Source of the DNA: Octopus sinensis
Lineage: Eukaryota
Assembly (NCBI RefSeq): GCF_006345805.1
Contig: NC_043010.1
Span: forward strand, 15,066,001-15,130,000
Length of the DNA stretch: 64,000 nucleotides
Direction of reading: 5' to 3'
Shown here: positions 1 to 13,460 of the stretch, piece by piece
Layout: every line of letters starts with the position of its first letter
Position numbering within the stretch: position 1 is the stretch's first letter
Made by a program: the position numbers and the translations under genes
Notes under the pieces: generated by a model
What the model was told of the DNA's origin: nothing
What the model saw: the letters and a program-made list of their open reading frames with translations, nothing else
Databases searched by the model: none

Positions 1-540
1 GCGGCCATGCTGGTGCACCACCTTGAAGAGTTTATTCGAACAAATCGACCCTAGTACTAATATGCTTGGTACTTATTCTGTTGGCCACTCTTAACAAACC
101 GCTAAGTTACGGAGACGTCACCAGACCAACATCGGTTTTCAAGCGTAGGATAGGGAAACATAAACACAAAGACATGCAGAGAGAGAGAAAGAAAGAGAGA
201 AAATAGAAAGAGAGAAATAGAAAAAGAGAGATAGAAAGAGAGAGACAGACAGAAAGACAGAGAGAGTGAGCAGGCACACCACACACAACACACACACGTA
301 TATTATATATACATACATAGAGAAAAAGTGAGAGAGAAGGGGAGACAGACAGACATAGAGAGAGACAGAGAGTGAGGGGGGATTCTCACGAAATTTTTGT
401 TTACTAAATTCACTCACACAGCATTGATCGGCCCTACGCTATAACAGGTACCGCGCATTGGGACTTAAACCCAAACAGTGTTAAGTTGCAAACCAGACAT
501 AAAGCTGGATAGTTACCACACAGTCGTGCAAGCACCTATA
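1..540 (-). mobile_element. SINE family B (CORE-like, internal microsatellite), diverged
   Basis: Tail at 1-145 and head at ~380-540, separated by a GA/CA tract. Confidence 0.65.
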
Positions 541-916
541 TACAATAAATCTCTCTCTTCCTCACATTTGATAATGTGACAAATATCAGGAACGGATATA
601 CCATTTTTATATCTTAATTCAATTTTGCGTCTATATTTTCGCATGTATGTAAAAATCAATCACACAGTCATTGTAATTCTGGTTCAATGATCGAACACAC
701 GCTTTACAACAAAAACAAATGTATATTGAGATGTTGTATTTTGAGAATTCTGCATCCTCATTGAGAACGAAGACTTCTTAACCGACATTGATGTTATTTG
801 CAGACTGGGAACCTATCAAAGCTAAAGACGGACAAAGATTCCTGTCGCGTAGGCGCGTCGTGAAACGCATTTCAGGGGCTGCTACGGGAGAAAGAGTGCT
901 CAGAAATAACAGTGTA

Positions 917-1354
917 TACATACATACATATATATATATACATACATACATACATACATACATACATACATACATACATACATACAATACATACATACGT
1001 ACATACATACATACAACATACATACATACATATATATACATACATACATACATATATATACATACATACATACATACTACATACATACACACACACATTC
1101 ATACATACATACATACATACATACATACATACATACATGCATACATACATACATACATGCATACATACATACAAACATACATACATACATACATACATAC
1201 ATACATACAATACATACATACATACATACATACATACATACATACACATATACAAACATACATACATACATACAAACATACATACATACATACATACATA
1301 CAATACAATACATACATACATAATACATACAATACATCATACATACATACACAC

Positions 1355-1385
<31 letters not shown>

Positions 1386-1472
1386 CATACACATATATAT
1401 ATATATACATACAACATACATATATATATATATATATATATACATATATCCCTTATGCATACATATTCATAC

Positions 1473-1513
<41 letters not shown>

Positions 1514-1565
1514 TATATATATAGATATATATAATATATATATATTATACACACACATACATATA
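917..1565 (+). repeat. Long compound (TACA)n/(TA)n microsatellite
   Basis: Direct inspection; it explains the YIHT/MYVC ORFs. Confidence 0.97.
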
Positions 1566-1569
1566 TGAA

Positions 1570-1655
1570 AATGAAAGAATGGAGTCGAACGAAGATGTTA
1601 ACAAAATTCCTTTACTCTCGACACACGTTTCGAAGACAGCATATTTTCATTCCGA
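1570..1655 (-). mobile_element. PLE pLTR-like remnant related to the 3661-4272 family
   Basis: Shares AAAGAATGGAGT...AACAAAATTCCTTTA...GTTTCGAAG with 25685 and 3665; GAAAC-GTGT-GTC on -. Confidence 0.5.
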
Positions 1656-2140
1656 ACATAGGATAATTCATTCACCTACTTATATATACATATATATAGA
1701 AGTGTTTACACAAATAAAAATCGAAGTTGCTAATGGATATCATAAATTGAAATATATTAAATGATATAGTCCATTAGTGATAATACATTATGACTCACAT
1801 GAATAAAAACCGGAGCCCTTACTAGTAAATTAATGACATATATACATTGTTGTTTGCTTCCTGCAGAGTTTCCAGTATTGCATCATGGGTTTGAATGAGG
1901 ACCAAGGATTATAACACATTTTGTACATAAAAAATCTGCACCCACACCTTTGAATTTAGCCGCTAGATAGTAAATATGCATTAGGAGCTTGTAGGCTCTA
2001 TCTTCACTTGCTAAAATTATCGCTCAAACTCCTTCAAACTACTATCTTTTACTTTTAAAAAATGAAAGACAGAATGATAGTAGATGTTATACGTTTGATT
2101 ATAGATCCTATGGATCAATGCTAAACTGCGGTGGTGACCA

Positions 2141-2465
2141 CCTTCGGTCAGACACTGACCATGGGTTGCACCTAGAGAGTTACCCTCTGAGGCACATGTC
2201 TGGGCAAGGTTGTTTTATGGAAGACCAGCAGTCGCCCATGCATACCGGCCTCCCCTCTCCACGTCACCGATGTTGTCCAAGGGAAACGCAAGGGCCGATA
2301 CAGCTTGGCACCTGTGACGTAGCAACTCATTTCTACAGCTGAGTGTACTGGAGCAACGTGAAATAAAGTGTCTTGCTCAAGAACACAACACGCAGCCAGG
2401 TCCGGGATTCGAGCTCACAACCTCACGATCGTAAGCTCGACGCTCTAACCATTGAGCCACGCGCC
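2141..2465 (-). mobile_element. SINE family D (tRNA head GGCGC.TGGCTCA.TGGTTAGAGCG)
   Basis: Near-identical reverse complement of 38591-38918. Confidence 0.9.
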
Positions 2466-3378
2466 TTCACTGTAGTTAAACATAAACGAGCTCTTGTAGT
2501 GTAGTAGACAGAGTTTTAGAAATGTATGCTTAGTAAACACACATTATGCTGCTACTATGATTGTATAAAGACTTTAATGTACGCACACACGCGCAAAAAC
2601 TCTCGTTTTAACGCCAAAGAAATAATAGCAATGCATACAAGGAAACGAAACAATTCAACGACAAAATATTATAATTCCGGCTAAGAATATCTTACATAAA
2701 ACAGGAAATCGGAAAATAGAAAACTATTATAAATATTATGCGAAATAGGAGAGGCGATACTTCGCAACAGAAGTATAGACTTAGATTCATATATGTCCAC
2801 CACAAAAGTAAGTAATGGATACTTTCAAAAATGACCTCCTTAATTTAATCAGGAAAATAGAATTCTGAAACAGAACTATAACTTTCTCGTTAAGCTAAAT
2901 TCTAATACAAATGCTATAAAATCTCAATGGAATTACCTATCATTCTTCAATAAGCACAGAATTTCTTCCAGTAGCCATCAAATTTCGTCAAATAATTTAG
3001 ATCTGTCGCAGTGAATAAATTACGCACAGCAATACTCGTCACGAGATGTTTCGCGTTCCGGTGAAGAAGCGTGCTGGGCAAAGCAATTTAGAGAAGACAA
3101 CGTTATCGTTAATATGGACAGGTTGAGCTGAAGCAAAATGTGTACATTGACAATATGCAATGTGATGAATGCTCATTGGAACTCTTAGGTATAACATTTT
3201 CGTACGTGAATAATTGAAGGCGCTTGGAACAGTTTCCGGAATGATGATTCTTCAATCTCCGGCGGTGACTCAAACGTTTGTATGTGGGTTGCTCATATAC
3301 GTATAATATATGCATGTATACATCTGTGTACGTACACACACACAGAGAGGCACCCACACACACACACATGTATATATA

Positions 3379-3410
<32 letters not shown>

Positions 3411-3623
3411 ATATAGGATGAAGCTTTTTTACAGAAGAAAATTTCATAAAAAAAGTGGCAGCATATTAAAATACCTTTAAAGGTTAAAATTATAAGCAGG
3501 GCAAAATAAAATTATTTATATGCCAATATGCTGATAACAGAGTTTTAAATCGTCAAGTTCCACATATCATAATACCCACCACAGAAATGCGTTGTGCTGA
3601 AATCGAGGAAAGCTAGCCAACAG

Positions 3624-3662
<39 letters not shown>

Positions 3663-3701
3663 TAAAAAATGGAGTTAACGCAGGTTTAAACAAGTATTTT
3701 T

Positions 3702-3787
3702 ACTTTCTACATATGTTTCGAAAATTCCACTGATACTATTCAAAAGAATAAAAGGTATAAACAATGCAATCTTCTCTTCGGGAAAGT
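3702..3787 (-). ncRNA. Type I hammerhead-like motif with long stem II (U4C), inverted copy
   Basis: Reverse complement of the 4145-4229 motif with one extra base in the stem II extension. Confidence 0.68.
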
Positions 3788-4144
3788 GAAAAAACGAAAC
3801 TCGTCAATACGACATTTTAGCAAAAAATGATGGATTCGTATAGCGATAGACAGAACGCTATTAATATTGTTTAAAAAAACGTTATATGATATAACGTCAT
3901 AAGTAGCTACAGAAAGAGTAGGGATATTAATAGTGAATGTTAAATATAAAGGAAATTAAAGTTTAAACTATATATAATGATAGAGACTACTTATATGCAC
4001 TAAAAGTATTTTCTGCCATGCTTACATATGTATGCTCGTTCTATAACCGTGTTTACTAAGTAGTTTTAGAAAAATAATGAAAAATAGCTATAACGAATCC
4101 ATCATTTTTTGCTAAAATGTCATTGACGAGTTTCGTTTTTCTTC

Positions 4145-4229
4145 ACTTTCCCGAAGAGAAGATTGCATTGTTTATACCTTTATTCTTTTGAATAGTATCA
4201 GTGGAATTTTCGAAACATATGTAGAAAGT
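4145..4229 (+). ncRNA. Type I hammerhead-like motif with long stem II (U4C core)
   Basis: ACTTTC-CCGAAGA-GAAGATT...AATTTTC-GAAA-C ATAT GTA^GAAAGT: 6-bp stem I, 7-bp base of stem II, palindromic ACATATGT helix III. Confidence 0.68.
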
Positions 4230-4434
4230 AAAAATACTTGTTTAAACCTGCGTTAACTCCATTTTTTATTCATATTATTCAAAATATTCAACGTAAACAC
4301 GAAGTTTCAAACTTTATAAACAAGGAGTTACAACATCTTTACTTGTGAGATTTTTGCTGCCCTGGTAACTATTTATTTATTTTTCCGTGTTAATTGTTAA
4401 CAAGGTAAAATACACTCATCTATTTATATATATA

Positions 4435-4600
4435 AGGAGAAGTCACAAAAAAAAAAGACGAGAGAAAGGTGGTGTAGAAAACAAACAGATGTATTAGTAT
4501 GACGCTCGGGAATTGTAAAAGTCTTTAATGTTTCGAGTCTACGCTCTTCTACAGAAAGGGACACAGAAAGAAAAAATGTGTGTAGTGGCTAGCGATCTAT
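4435..4600 (-). mobile_element. PLE-like terminal remnant (related copy at ~62420-62600)
   Basis: Shared TCACAAAAAA..GACGA..GGTGGT.TAGA.AACAAACAGATGTATTAGT block. On -: CTTT-CTGTAGA-AGAGC..CTC-GAAAC ATT AAAG, a degenerate HHR-like motif. Confidence 0.45.
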
Positions 4601-4611
4601 TATGGCGAATC

Positions 4612-4642
<31 letters not shown>

Positions 4643-5204
4643 TATTAGACACAAAACCACTATTTTGCAAAACAAACAAGGAAAGACTTAATCAATACAT
4701 AAAATTTTAATGACTATTTATTTAAAATTTTATGTATTGATTAAGTCTTTCCTTGTTTGTTTTGCAAAATAGTGGTTTTGTCTCTATATATTTTATAATA
4801 TTTTACTATAAAATTGGATTTAATCCTAAAATCTGATTTTTTTCCCTGTAAATTTGGATTATTCCCTAATATTTATTATATATATATATATATATATAAT
4901 ATATATATATATATATAATATATGTGTGTGTGTGTGTATATATATAAATATATGTGTATATATATATACATATATACATGTGTGTGTGTATATGTGTGTG
5001 AGTGTGTGTGTATCTGTGCGAGTGCGTGTGTGTGCGATATGTGAAAGAATAATTATTTAGTCGGGGTTCACGGTATCCTGTGTCACATATTCATATATGT
5101 ATGTGTGATTCTGTACATGCATGTATTTTGTCTATGTCCTTCAGATGCACATGTCTGTGTGTGTGTGTGTGTGTGTGTACGTGTAAGTGACCGTATAAAT
5201 GAAC

Positions 5205-5360
5205 CTGACAAGGGAAAGGCAAAGGCCGATACAGCTTCGCACCAGTGACGTCGCAACTCATTTCTACAGCTGAGTAAACTGGGGCAACGTGAGATAAAGT
5301 GTCTTGTTCAAGAACACAACACACAATTCGGTCCGGGATTCGAACTCACAACCTCACACA
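5205..5360 (-). mobile_element. SINE family D partial
   Basis: Core match. Confidence 0.75.
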
Positions 5361-5808
5361 CACCAGGGACATGGTCAACTGGTTAAGGTCAAAAAAATCT
5401 GTGGTATTGAGCAAAGAATATATATATATATGTATGCATTTATAATATATATATATAAAATGCATACATACATACATATATAATATATATAATATTTATA
5501 TATATATTATATATATATATATTATATATATTATATATATATATATGTATGTATGTATGCATTTATATATATATATATAAATGCATATAGTATAGTAATA
5601 ATTTTGGTAGAAATGACTGATTGTCCCTCTTAGCGTTTGGCATGTATGTATAATGCCTTCTGGCATGTATGTATAATGCCCTCTATATATAAATTAATAT
5701 CTTCAATAAGAAATAATTATTTTCGAAATTTTTTCTTTATGAGGTTTTTAGCTATCTACCTGACAATTTTGTTAAGTTTTCCTTATTAAGTAGTTGTCCT
5801 TAATTGCT

Positions 5809-5870
<62 letters not shown>

Positions 5871-6189
5871 CATATATATATATAATTGAATTAGGCAGGT
5901 ATTTAGCAATGTATCACCAACAACGTTAGACTATAATAGAGGATGATTAAACACCTAAATTGTAGAATAGAAATAAGAACAAAACTACTCTGATGCTGCA
6001 GTCAACGCACACAATTATATACATACATATCAACAGCGACCGGTGTATATTTTCAGGTGTCTTCGTATAATTCACCGAGCATTACTGTAGTGTGTGTAGT
6101 CAATTGCTGTTTTCGTTAGTATGCCTCTGTGTACGTATGTGTGTGTCTATGTGTGTGTTTATGTGTGTGTCTGTGTGTGCGCGCGCGCA

Positions 6190-7595
6190 TGAGTATCCCT
6201 TGGTTTCTCTCTGCATCCAATAAATTCTGCTTTGCCAAACGGTTATATATTTCATCTGCTACCAGCACATTTAATAGCATTAAGGGTAATGGTAAATATG
6301 TAATAGATCTATAATTGCTTTTCTTTTGTCCTTCCATATTATCAGTTTCTGTCCTTCCTCTGGTCGTCCATGTTGGCTTTCCAGCTTCTATGCAATCAGT
6401 AAGAAACAGACGTGTATCGCTGTGTATACTCAGACATTTTAGTTTAGAATTCTTGAAAACCATCCGGTCAGAGGGGCTTCCAGTTCTGTATTTTCTCGAT
6501 CATCTCTCACTGCCTTATCCATAATTGTCATATATGTTACTCTTTTACTCTTTTACTTGTTTCAGTCATTTGACTGCGGCCATGCTGGAGCACCGCCTTT
6601 AGTCGAGCAATCGACCCCGGACTTATTCTTTGTAAGCCCGTCTATTCTATCGGTCTCTTTTGCCGAACTGCTAAGTGACGGAGACATAAGCACACCAGCA
6701 TCGGTTGTCAAGCAATGCTAGGGGGACAAACACAGACACACAAACACACACACGCATATATATATATATACATATATACGACAGGCTTCTTTCAGTTTCC
6801 GTCTACCAAACCCGCTCACAAGGCATTGGTCGGCCCGGGGCTATAGCAGACAACACTTGCCCAAGATGCCACGCAGTGGGACTGAACCCGGAACCATGTG
6901 GTTGGTTAGCAAGCTACTTACCACACAGCCACTCCTGCGCCTCACTCCATTTTCCATTTCCCTTTATATTCTAGTAACCAGGCCCTTTTTTATATTATAA
7001 TAGACTTCTTTGCTCCAGATTTCCGCCCAGAATTATACTTTTCTATTTGAGCATCTGCCATATCAATCCCATGATGCTCCCCTCCATTGTTCACTTGTCT
7101 GTAGAAATTTCTTGAAAAGGCTGTTCTCTGTTGGCATCTGTCATATTTTACGTAATACTGCATTAATTATTAATGTTTTCTTAAATCTCAACTCTTTTTC
7201 AATTACCTACAGTCCTTTTGTGTCTGATATACTTTATTTGTAGTTTGTTTCTGAGCTTTCCTCGTCCCTACACTCTTCATTTCTATGATTGCGTGTATCC
7301 GTTCAAAATCTTTCCTGAACTGTTTGATGTGGTTCTCAAAACATTGTTCCCACCATGGCATTTTGCACTTAGTTTCCCTTTGACTTTTAGTCACCCAAAA
7401 CTTGCACCTTGACAGAAGCTGCGCAGCATGTAAGGTCGATTAGGTTTGCTATGTTTTCAGTAAAGATTATTGTTAACATCTCGTCAAGCTCTTTCACTTC
7501 GTCATTTAGTATTCGGCTTCCCATTGTTCTCAGGACTCACAGCCTCTTTCTTTCACTATCTCGTATCTCGTTCAGATATTGTAGTAAGCTAATTT
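6190..7595 (-). pseudogene. Degraded R4/Dong-like non-LTR RT N-terminal region, interrupted by a SINE
   Basis: KSNYRSITYLP..LLNVLVADEIYNRLAKQNLL (cf. NYRPITCLP..LLT.II...IY..L...LL) and PWWEQCFENHIKQFRKD; many stops. Confidence 0.55.
6538..6941 (-). mobile_element. SINE family B
   Basis: tRNA-like head, CORE-like CTTGGGCAAGT, internal (TA/CA)n, tail GGCGGTGCTCCAGCATGGCCGCAGTCAAATGACTGAAACAAGTAAAAGAG. Confidence 0.92.
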
Positions 7596-7596
7596 T

Positions 7597-8112
7597 TTGC
7601 CTTTGCCTTTCATCCTTTCGGGGTATTTAAATTAAGTACCAGTTACCCACTGATCGATGTAATCGACTTAATCCGTTTGCCTGTCCTTGTTTGTCCCCTG
7701 TGTGTTTAGCTCCTTGTGGGTAGTAAAGAAATAGGTATTTCGCCTGTCGCTACAAGGGCAGCCATTTTGAGGGATGAGATGAGTCGATTAAACCACTGAC
7801 GCTTAATCCTCGAAAATATGAAAGGCAAAGTCGACCTCGGCGGAATTTGAACTCAGAACGTAGCGGCAGACGAAATACCTATTTATTTATTACCCACATG
7901 GGGCTAAACACAGAGGGGACAAACAAGGACAGACATAGGTATTAAGTCGATTACATCGACCCCAGCGCGCAACTGGTACTTAATTTATCGACCCCGAAAG
8001 GATGAAAGGCAAAATCGACCTCGGCGGAATCTGAACTCACAACATAACGGCAGACGAAATACGGCTACGCATTTCGCCCGTCGTGCTAACGATTCTGCCA
8101 GCTTGCCGCCTT
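7597..8112. mobile_element. SINE family C cluster (partial + copy, 1.5-mer on -)
   Basis: GCCTTTCATCCTTTCGGGGTCGATAAATTAAGTACCAG central domain (Meta-domain-like, unverified) in both orientations. Confidence 0.85.
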
Positions 8113-8619
8113 GTGGTAACGATTCTACAAAGCATAAAAATATATCGAATGAAAATCGATTAAGATTAAAATAAATTTCACCAACTACATACAATGAAAT
8201 CGATTAATGTTTGCTGAAGACGTTCCTACTTATGATGCAAATTATTGTACATATATTGTTGCTAATAATGCTTCGAATTTTACTGCTGCAGCTGTTGATA
8301 TTGTTGTTGTTGTTGTTGTTGCTGCATTTGCAGTTATTTCTCTTCTCTCTTCTATTTAAAAAGATCAAAGACAATTTTATTTTAGGTGAAAATGAAGTAA
8401 GTAAAGAGAAATTAATGACGCATTACTTTCCAGAACAATTATATTCCCATATCGGTTTTCATTATGGCAAAGAGGAAATAGAGATATGTTGACATCTACG
8501 TAGATTGATTGAACTGATAGATACAGAGATGCAATGTGATGATAGATCGATAAATACATACATACATACATACATATGTAGATATAGATATAGATTGCTA
8601 GATATAAGTTTCTCCATAT

Positions 8620-8900
<281 letters not shown>

Positions 8901-9941
8901 TATTATACATACATGTACATGCATATGCATATATCATATATATATATATATATACATATATATTTACTTAATTGTGTGCTTATACTTATTCATACACACA
9001 TATATACTTAGATACAATTATAAGTACATATATGTATACACACATACACACACATACAAGCACTCACTCACACACACACATACATATATATCTAAAGAAA
9101 TACACGTATTCCTACATATGTACACCTGATTAAAATATGACATACTTACGAAGACATACACACACATGCATACATCAATACTTGCATACATATAATCACA
9201 CGAACCGACAAACACACACACACAACACAACACAACACACACACACACACACACACACATTTACTTACTGAGAGATCGAAAGAAGAGGTGTGCGGAAAGA
9301 GTGAATTGGAGATATGTGCCTAGAGATATGCAGAAAAATATATTCGTCAAAAGCTACGGTGTGTAGCTTTACATACTGTATAAACGACTTCAGTTATGGT
9401 TTTGGTGTGTGTGTATGTGTATATGTGTGTATATTTGTGCGCCTGTGTGACTGTGCATGTCTATACTTTTGTGTATATGCGCATATATTATATAACAGTG
9501 ACACACATACCCACACCGTGTATACGTATATATGTATGAATTTATTTCTTTAGTTTAATATATACATATATTATAAATGTTTTATATTGAATAATATTAG
9601 TATACGCGTATAATATATAATGGATTCACACACATACAGCATACACACAACACAGAGAGAAAACATAAATTATATTTGAAACGTTGAAATGCTGTTATTG
9701 AATTTGCTTATTAAATTCCTGAGGTGTTATTTCCAGCTTTGATTGAACCGTATAAATAACTTTATTAATTGAGTAGTCTTTGACACAGCACCTGCTCTCA
9801 AAATCTTATTCCGAATATAAGCAGAATCGTGGCAGTTACCATGGATCATCTCCATCTCCCTCAGAGTATTTTGACATTTTCCAGAGTTACGTGCCGAAAA
9901 TGTGTGTGTGTGTCTCTCCTCTCTCTCTCTTCTCTGTCTCA

Positions 9942-9972
<31 letters not shown>

Positions 9973-10457
9973 TACACACACACACAAATCAAAACAATAG
10001 CTACAAAAATAAAACCCTTGCGTTCCAACATCTGCTCCTTTTTGTCGTCTGCTGTTTTGCTATAAATAAAAGACATCTTCTCGTCTTTAATTTTTTAAAA
10101 TAGAGATGAGGGCTTTATATTATATTGTTGTAAAAAGATTCGCAATGTGACTAAATGAATAAAGAAAAAATGAAAATGCATCGTATGCAGAAGTAAATTA
10201 TAAACAATAAACTGAAGTATATTTTAAACGTCAGTGTAAAAATTTACAGGTATTTCGATACCTGCAATAATGGCGGCCATTGCGCCCGTAGCATTAGGTA
10301 ACCTCTTCATTTATGTGTGTTATATCGGAATACGCATGATGATCAAACGTTGTTAACACTAGGCTATGAATGATATCTCTAAATCTTGTAATATAACGTA
10401 GTATATGAACAGACATCCACAAATTTCTACACACACAAGGCAAATATATATATACAT

Positions 10458-10491
<34 letters not shown>

Positions 10492-10586
10492 ATATATATA
10501 TATACATTCAAAATGTGACCGCGGTGTGTACTGTTGGCGATTTTTTTTCCTCCGTCTGCCCTTCTCTGGATCTTTCCTTTTCCTAT

Positions 10587-10621
10587 GTTTCTGACAAAGA
10601 GCTCCGCTCGAAACGTAAAGC
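10587..10621 (+). ncRNA. Degenerate PLE-type minimal hammerhead (G8A, predicted inactive)
   Basis: GTTT-CTGACAA-A-GAGC TCC GCTC-GAAAC GTA-AAGC. Confidence 0.4.
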
Positions 10622-10718
10622 CCTCCTTCTTCCCTTCCTTCATGAGCGTCCAATAATACTATATTTGTTCCACGTCCTCGCGTTGTTGTGTTTTCTCTTT
10701 GTGTTTTCATGTTGTGAT

Positions 10719-10761
<43 letters not shown>

Positions 10762-10771
10762 TATATATATA

Positions 10772-10812
<41 letters not shown>

Positions 10813-10835
10813 GTATATATATGTATATATATATG

Positions 10836-10871
<36 letters not shown>

Positions 10872-10888
10872 TACATATACATATACAT

Positions 10889-11107
10889 AGCTGGCAGAAT
10901 CATTAGCACGCCGGGCGAAATGTTTAGCGGTATTTCGTCTGCCGCTACATACTCAGTTCAGATTCCGCCGAGGTTGACTTAGCCTTTCATCCTTTCGGGA
11001 TCGATAAATTAAGTACGCACTGGGGTCGATGTAATCGACTTAATACATTTGTTTCTCCTTGTTTATCACCTCTATGTTCAGCCCCTTGTGGGCAATAAAG
11101 AAATAAG
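10889..11107 (+). mobile_element. SINE family C
   Basis: AGCTGGCAGAATC.TTAGCACGCCGGGCGAAATG head; tail CCCTTGTGGGCAATAAAGAAA. Confidence 0.88.
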
Positions 11108-11319
11108 ATAGATAGATACAGAGTCGAACATACATGCATGAGGGGTGTGTGCTGTTAGTTTGTCGGGCGGCTGCGTTTTTTTTAGGCGTAAGAAAGTATA
11201 ATCTCAATGGCCTTTGGGTAATCCAATCTACGGAGCAGTCTGCTCGTGAAATTAACGTGCGAATGGCTGAGCACTCCACAGACGCAAGTACATTTAACGT
11301 AGATCGCAGGAGGATTCAG

Positions 11320-11487
11320 CATGACACAGATTGTGACAAGGTTGGCCCTTTGAAATATAATCTGAGTGGACTGGAGTAACGTGAAATAAAGCGTCTTGCT
11401 CAAGGACACAACACGTCACCGGTAATTGAACTCACCTCCTTACGATCGTGAGGTGAAATACCCAAACCACTAAGTCATATGCCTACA
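11320..11487 (-). mobile_element. SINE family D partial, diverged
   Basis: Head/core match. Confidence 0.65.
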
Positions 11488-11504
11488 CTATATATATATA
11501 TATA

Positions 11505-12182
11505 TACCGTAACATATAACTGCCAACCAAGTGAGGCGGCCTATATAGAATAGTGCTACTGACTTTTACAGGTCCAGGAAGACATCTGCTCCTGCTGGCT
11601 AAAAGCACACATTCTGTGTCCGATATAGTATTTGCGAGGGGAGATAATCGCTTCCATCTCTAGCCTTACGTGATACACACGGACTCGAGTTTCTTGGTGG
11701 TTAATCACAAGCTAGTGATGAAAGCTCATTCCACTCGCAAAATACTATATGCTTTTTCCAGCGACAAATTGTCGCTGATCTCGAAAACGCAGAAATAAGC
11801 TATATTAAATCTCTGGGCAAGATATAAACAGTAGCAGTACGGAACCGTAACATATAATTACCGACCAAGTGTGGCGTCTTCTACAGGACAGTGCTACTGA
11901 CGTTTATAGCTCCAGGAAGACATCTCCTCCAGCTGGATACAGAACCGTACAGAAACGTGAGTCTGCGGTTATCACCTAAGGTTAGAGGTGGGAGCGATGG
12001 CCTCCTTTCGCACATACTAATCGGACACAGAATGTGTGCCGTTAGCCAGCTGGAGCTGATATCTTCCTGGAGCTATAAATGTCAGTAGCACTGTCCTGTA
12101 CAGGACGTCACACTTGGTTGGCAATTATATGTACGGTTCCGTACTGCTACTGTTTATATCCCGCTCAGAGATTTAATTTAGC
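11505..12182. repeat. 338-bp tandem unit plus inverted copy (PLE pLTR/retrozyme-like, degenerate)
   Basis: CCGTAACATATAA at 11507 and 11845 (period 338). ~11950-12182 is the reverse complement of the unit. A GAAAC-TCGA-GTC half-motif lies on - at 11682-11693. Confidence 0.7.
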
Positions 12183-12190
12183 CCTTTATA

Positions 12191-12231
<41 letters not shown>

Positions 12232-12329
12232 GCGAGAGGGTATATGAAAAGTCCGAGCCCCCCCCCCCCAAAAAAAAACATAGTACATCTCTCTGATGAG
12301 GTTCAAAACGTTTCCTACACCTTCGTATA

Positions 12330-12500
12330 CTCTTTACTCTTTTATTTGTTTCAGTCAGTTGACTGCGGCCATGCTGGAGCACCGCTTTTCGTCGAGCAAA
12401 TCGACCCCGGGACTTATTCTTTGCAAGCCTAGTACTTATTCTATCGGTCTCTTTTGCCGAACTGCTAAGTTACGGGGAAGTAAACACACCAGCATATGTG
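12330..12500 (-). mobile_element. SINE family B 3' half
   Basis: Tail consensus, then (TG)n. Confidence 0.85.
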
Positions 12501-13334
12501 TGTGTATGTGTGTGTGTGTGTGCGTGTGTGTGTGTGTGCGTGTGTGTGTGGTGTGTGTGTGTGTGGTATTTATGTATATATGTATGTGTATGCAAATTTG
12601 TAGATACCTGAGTCTTGGAATACCTATTACGTGGAAGTTAGTGCGTGTAAACAGAATGCTTTAATATTACATTTTGGCAGAATTTTGGAGGGAAGATTTA
12701 CGAATTCAAATGTCTATGTAGATTTAGCCTTTGCTCGCTATCTTCAGCTATTTTGATGTCGCATGGTCAGAAAGTTCGAGGTACGTAGCATTTGATAAAT
12801 CTATGATAAATCTATTACAATGGAAAACTGTGCTGAAGACGGATGTGAAATATATATGCAATATATATGAAATATATATCAAAAGTATATATGAAATATA
12901 TATTCAATATGTTTATAATCCAGAAACATGATGTTCGCAGATAACCGCCAGACTTCCTTTTCGTTATCTATTCCTACTGTTTTGCATATGTGAATTGCAG
13001 GGTTTGTCGTGTGTGGAGCCCCACTTGTGGAAAGTAGAAATAAGCATTTTTGACTGCTATTTCTACTTTTTCGGTATGCGGCCAAGCAACCTGTTGCCTG
13101 TCCCTTTTTCTTATATACAGTATATATACTGAACTTTACAGAAGTTCCTACCGTTAATCGGCTATATTTACATACCGAATCCTACCAGTAAATAATTGTG
13201 GTCTTTTTTAAAAAAACCATTATAGAAATTATTTACTCTATTATTATTACATACATGATTAAAGATACATATATATTATAGACCTATATATATATATATA
13301 TATATATCTATCTATATAGATATAGATAGATACA

Positions 13335-13460
13335 TATATACGACGGGCTTCTTGCAGTTTCTATCTACTGAATCCACTCACAAGGCTTTGGTAGGCCCGA
13401 GGCTATAGTAGAAGACACTTGCCCAAGGTGCCACGCAGTGGGACTGAACCTGGAACCAGG
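13335..13460 (-). mobile_element. SINE family B 5' half
   Basis: Head/CORE consensus. Confidence 0.85.

Larger units (their letters stand above)
3661..4272. mobile_element. Inverted repeat of PLE pseudo-LTR-like sequence (~185-bp arms, ~240-bp spacer)
   Basis: 3661-3845 is the near-perfect reverse complement of ~4088-4272. Each arm holds a hammerhead-like fold. The left flank is (TA)n. Confidence 0.85.

Noticed and set aside
788-1568. Long ORFs (248, 218 aa) rich in YIHT/MYVC
   Set aside because: Translations of (TACA)n/(TA)n microsatellite. The same applies to ORFs at 26.0, 50.4-51.0, 53.3-54.3, 60.3-60.9 and 62.0-62.4 kb.
11715-11800. GTGATGA...CGAAAAC on + as a hammerhead
   Set aside because: G3 cannot pair with G8, there is no stem I, and there is no valid NUH.
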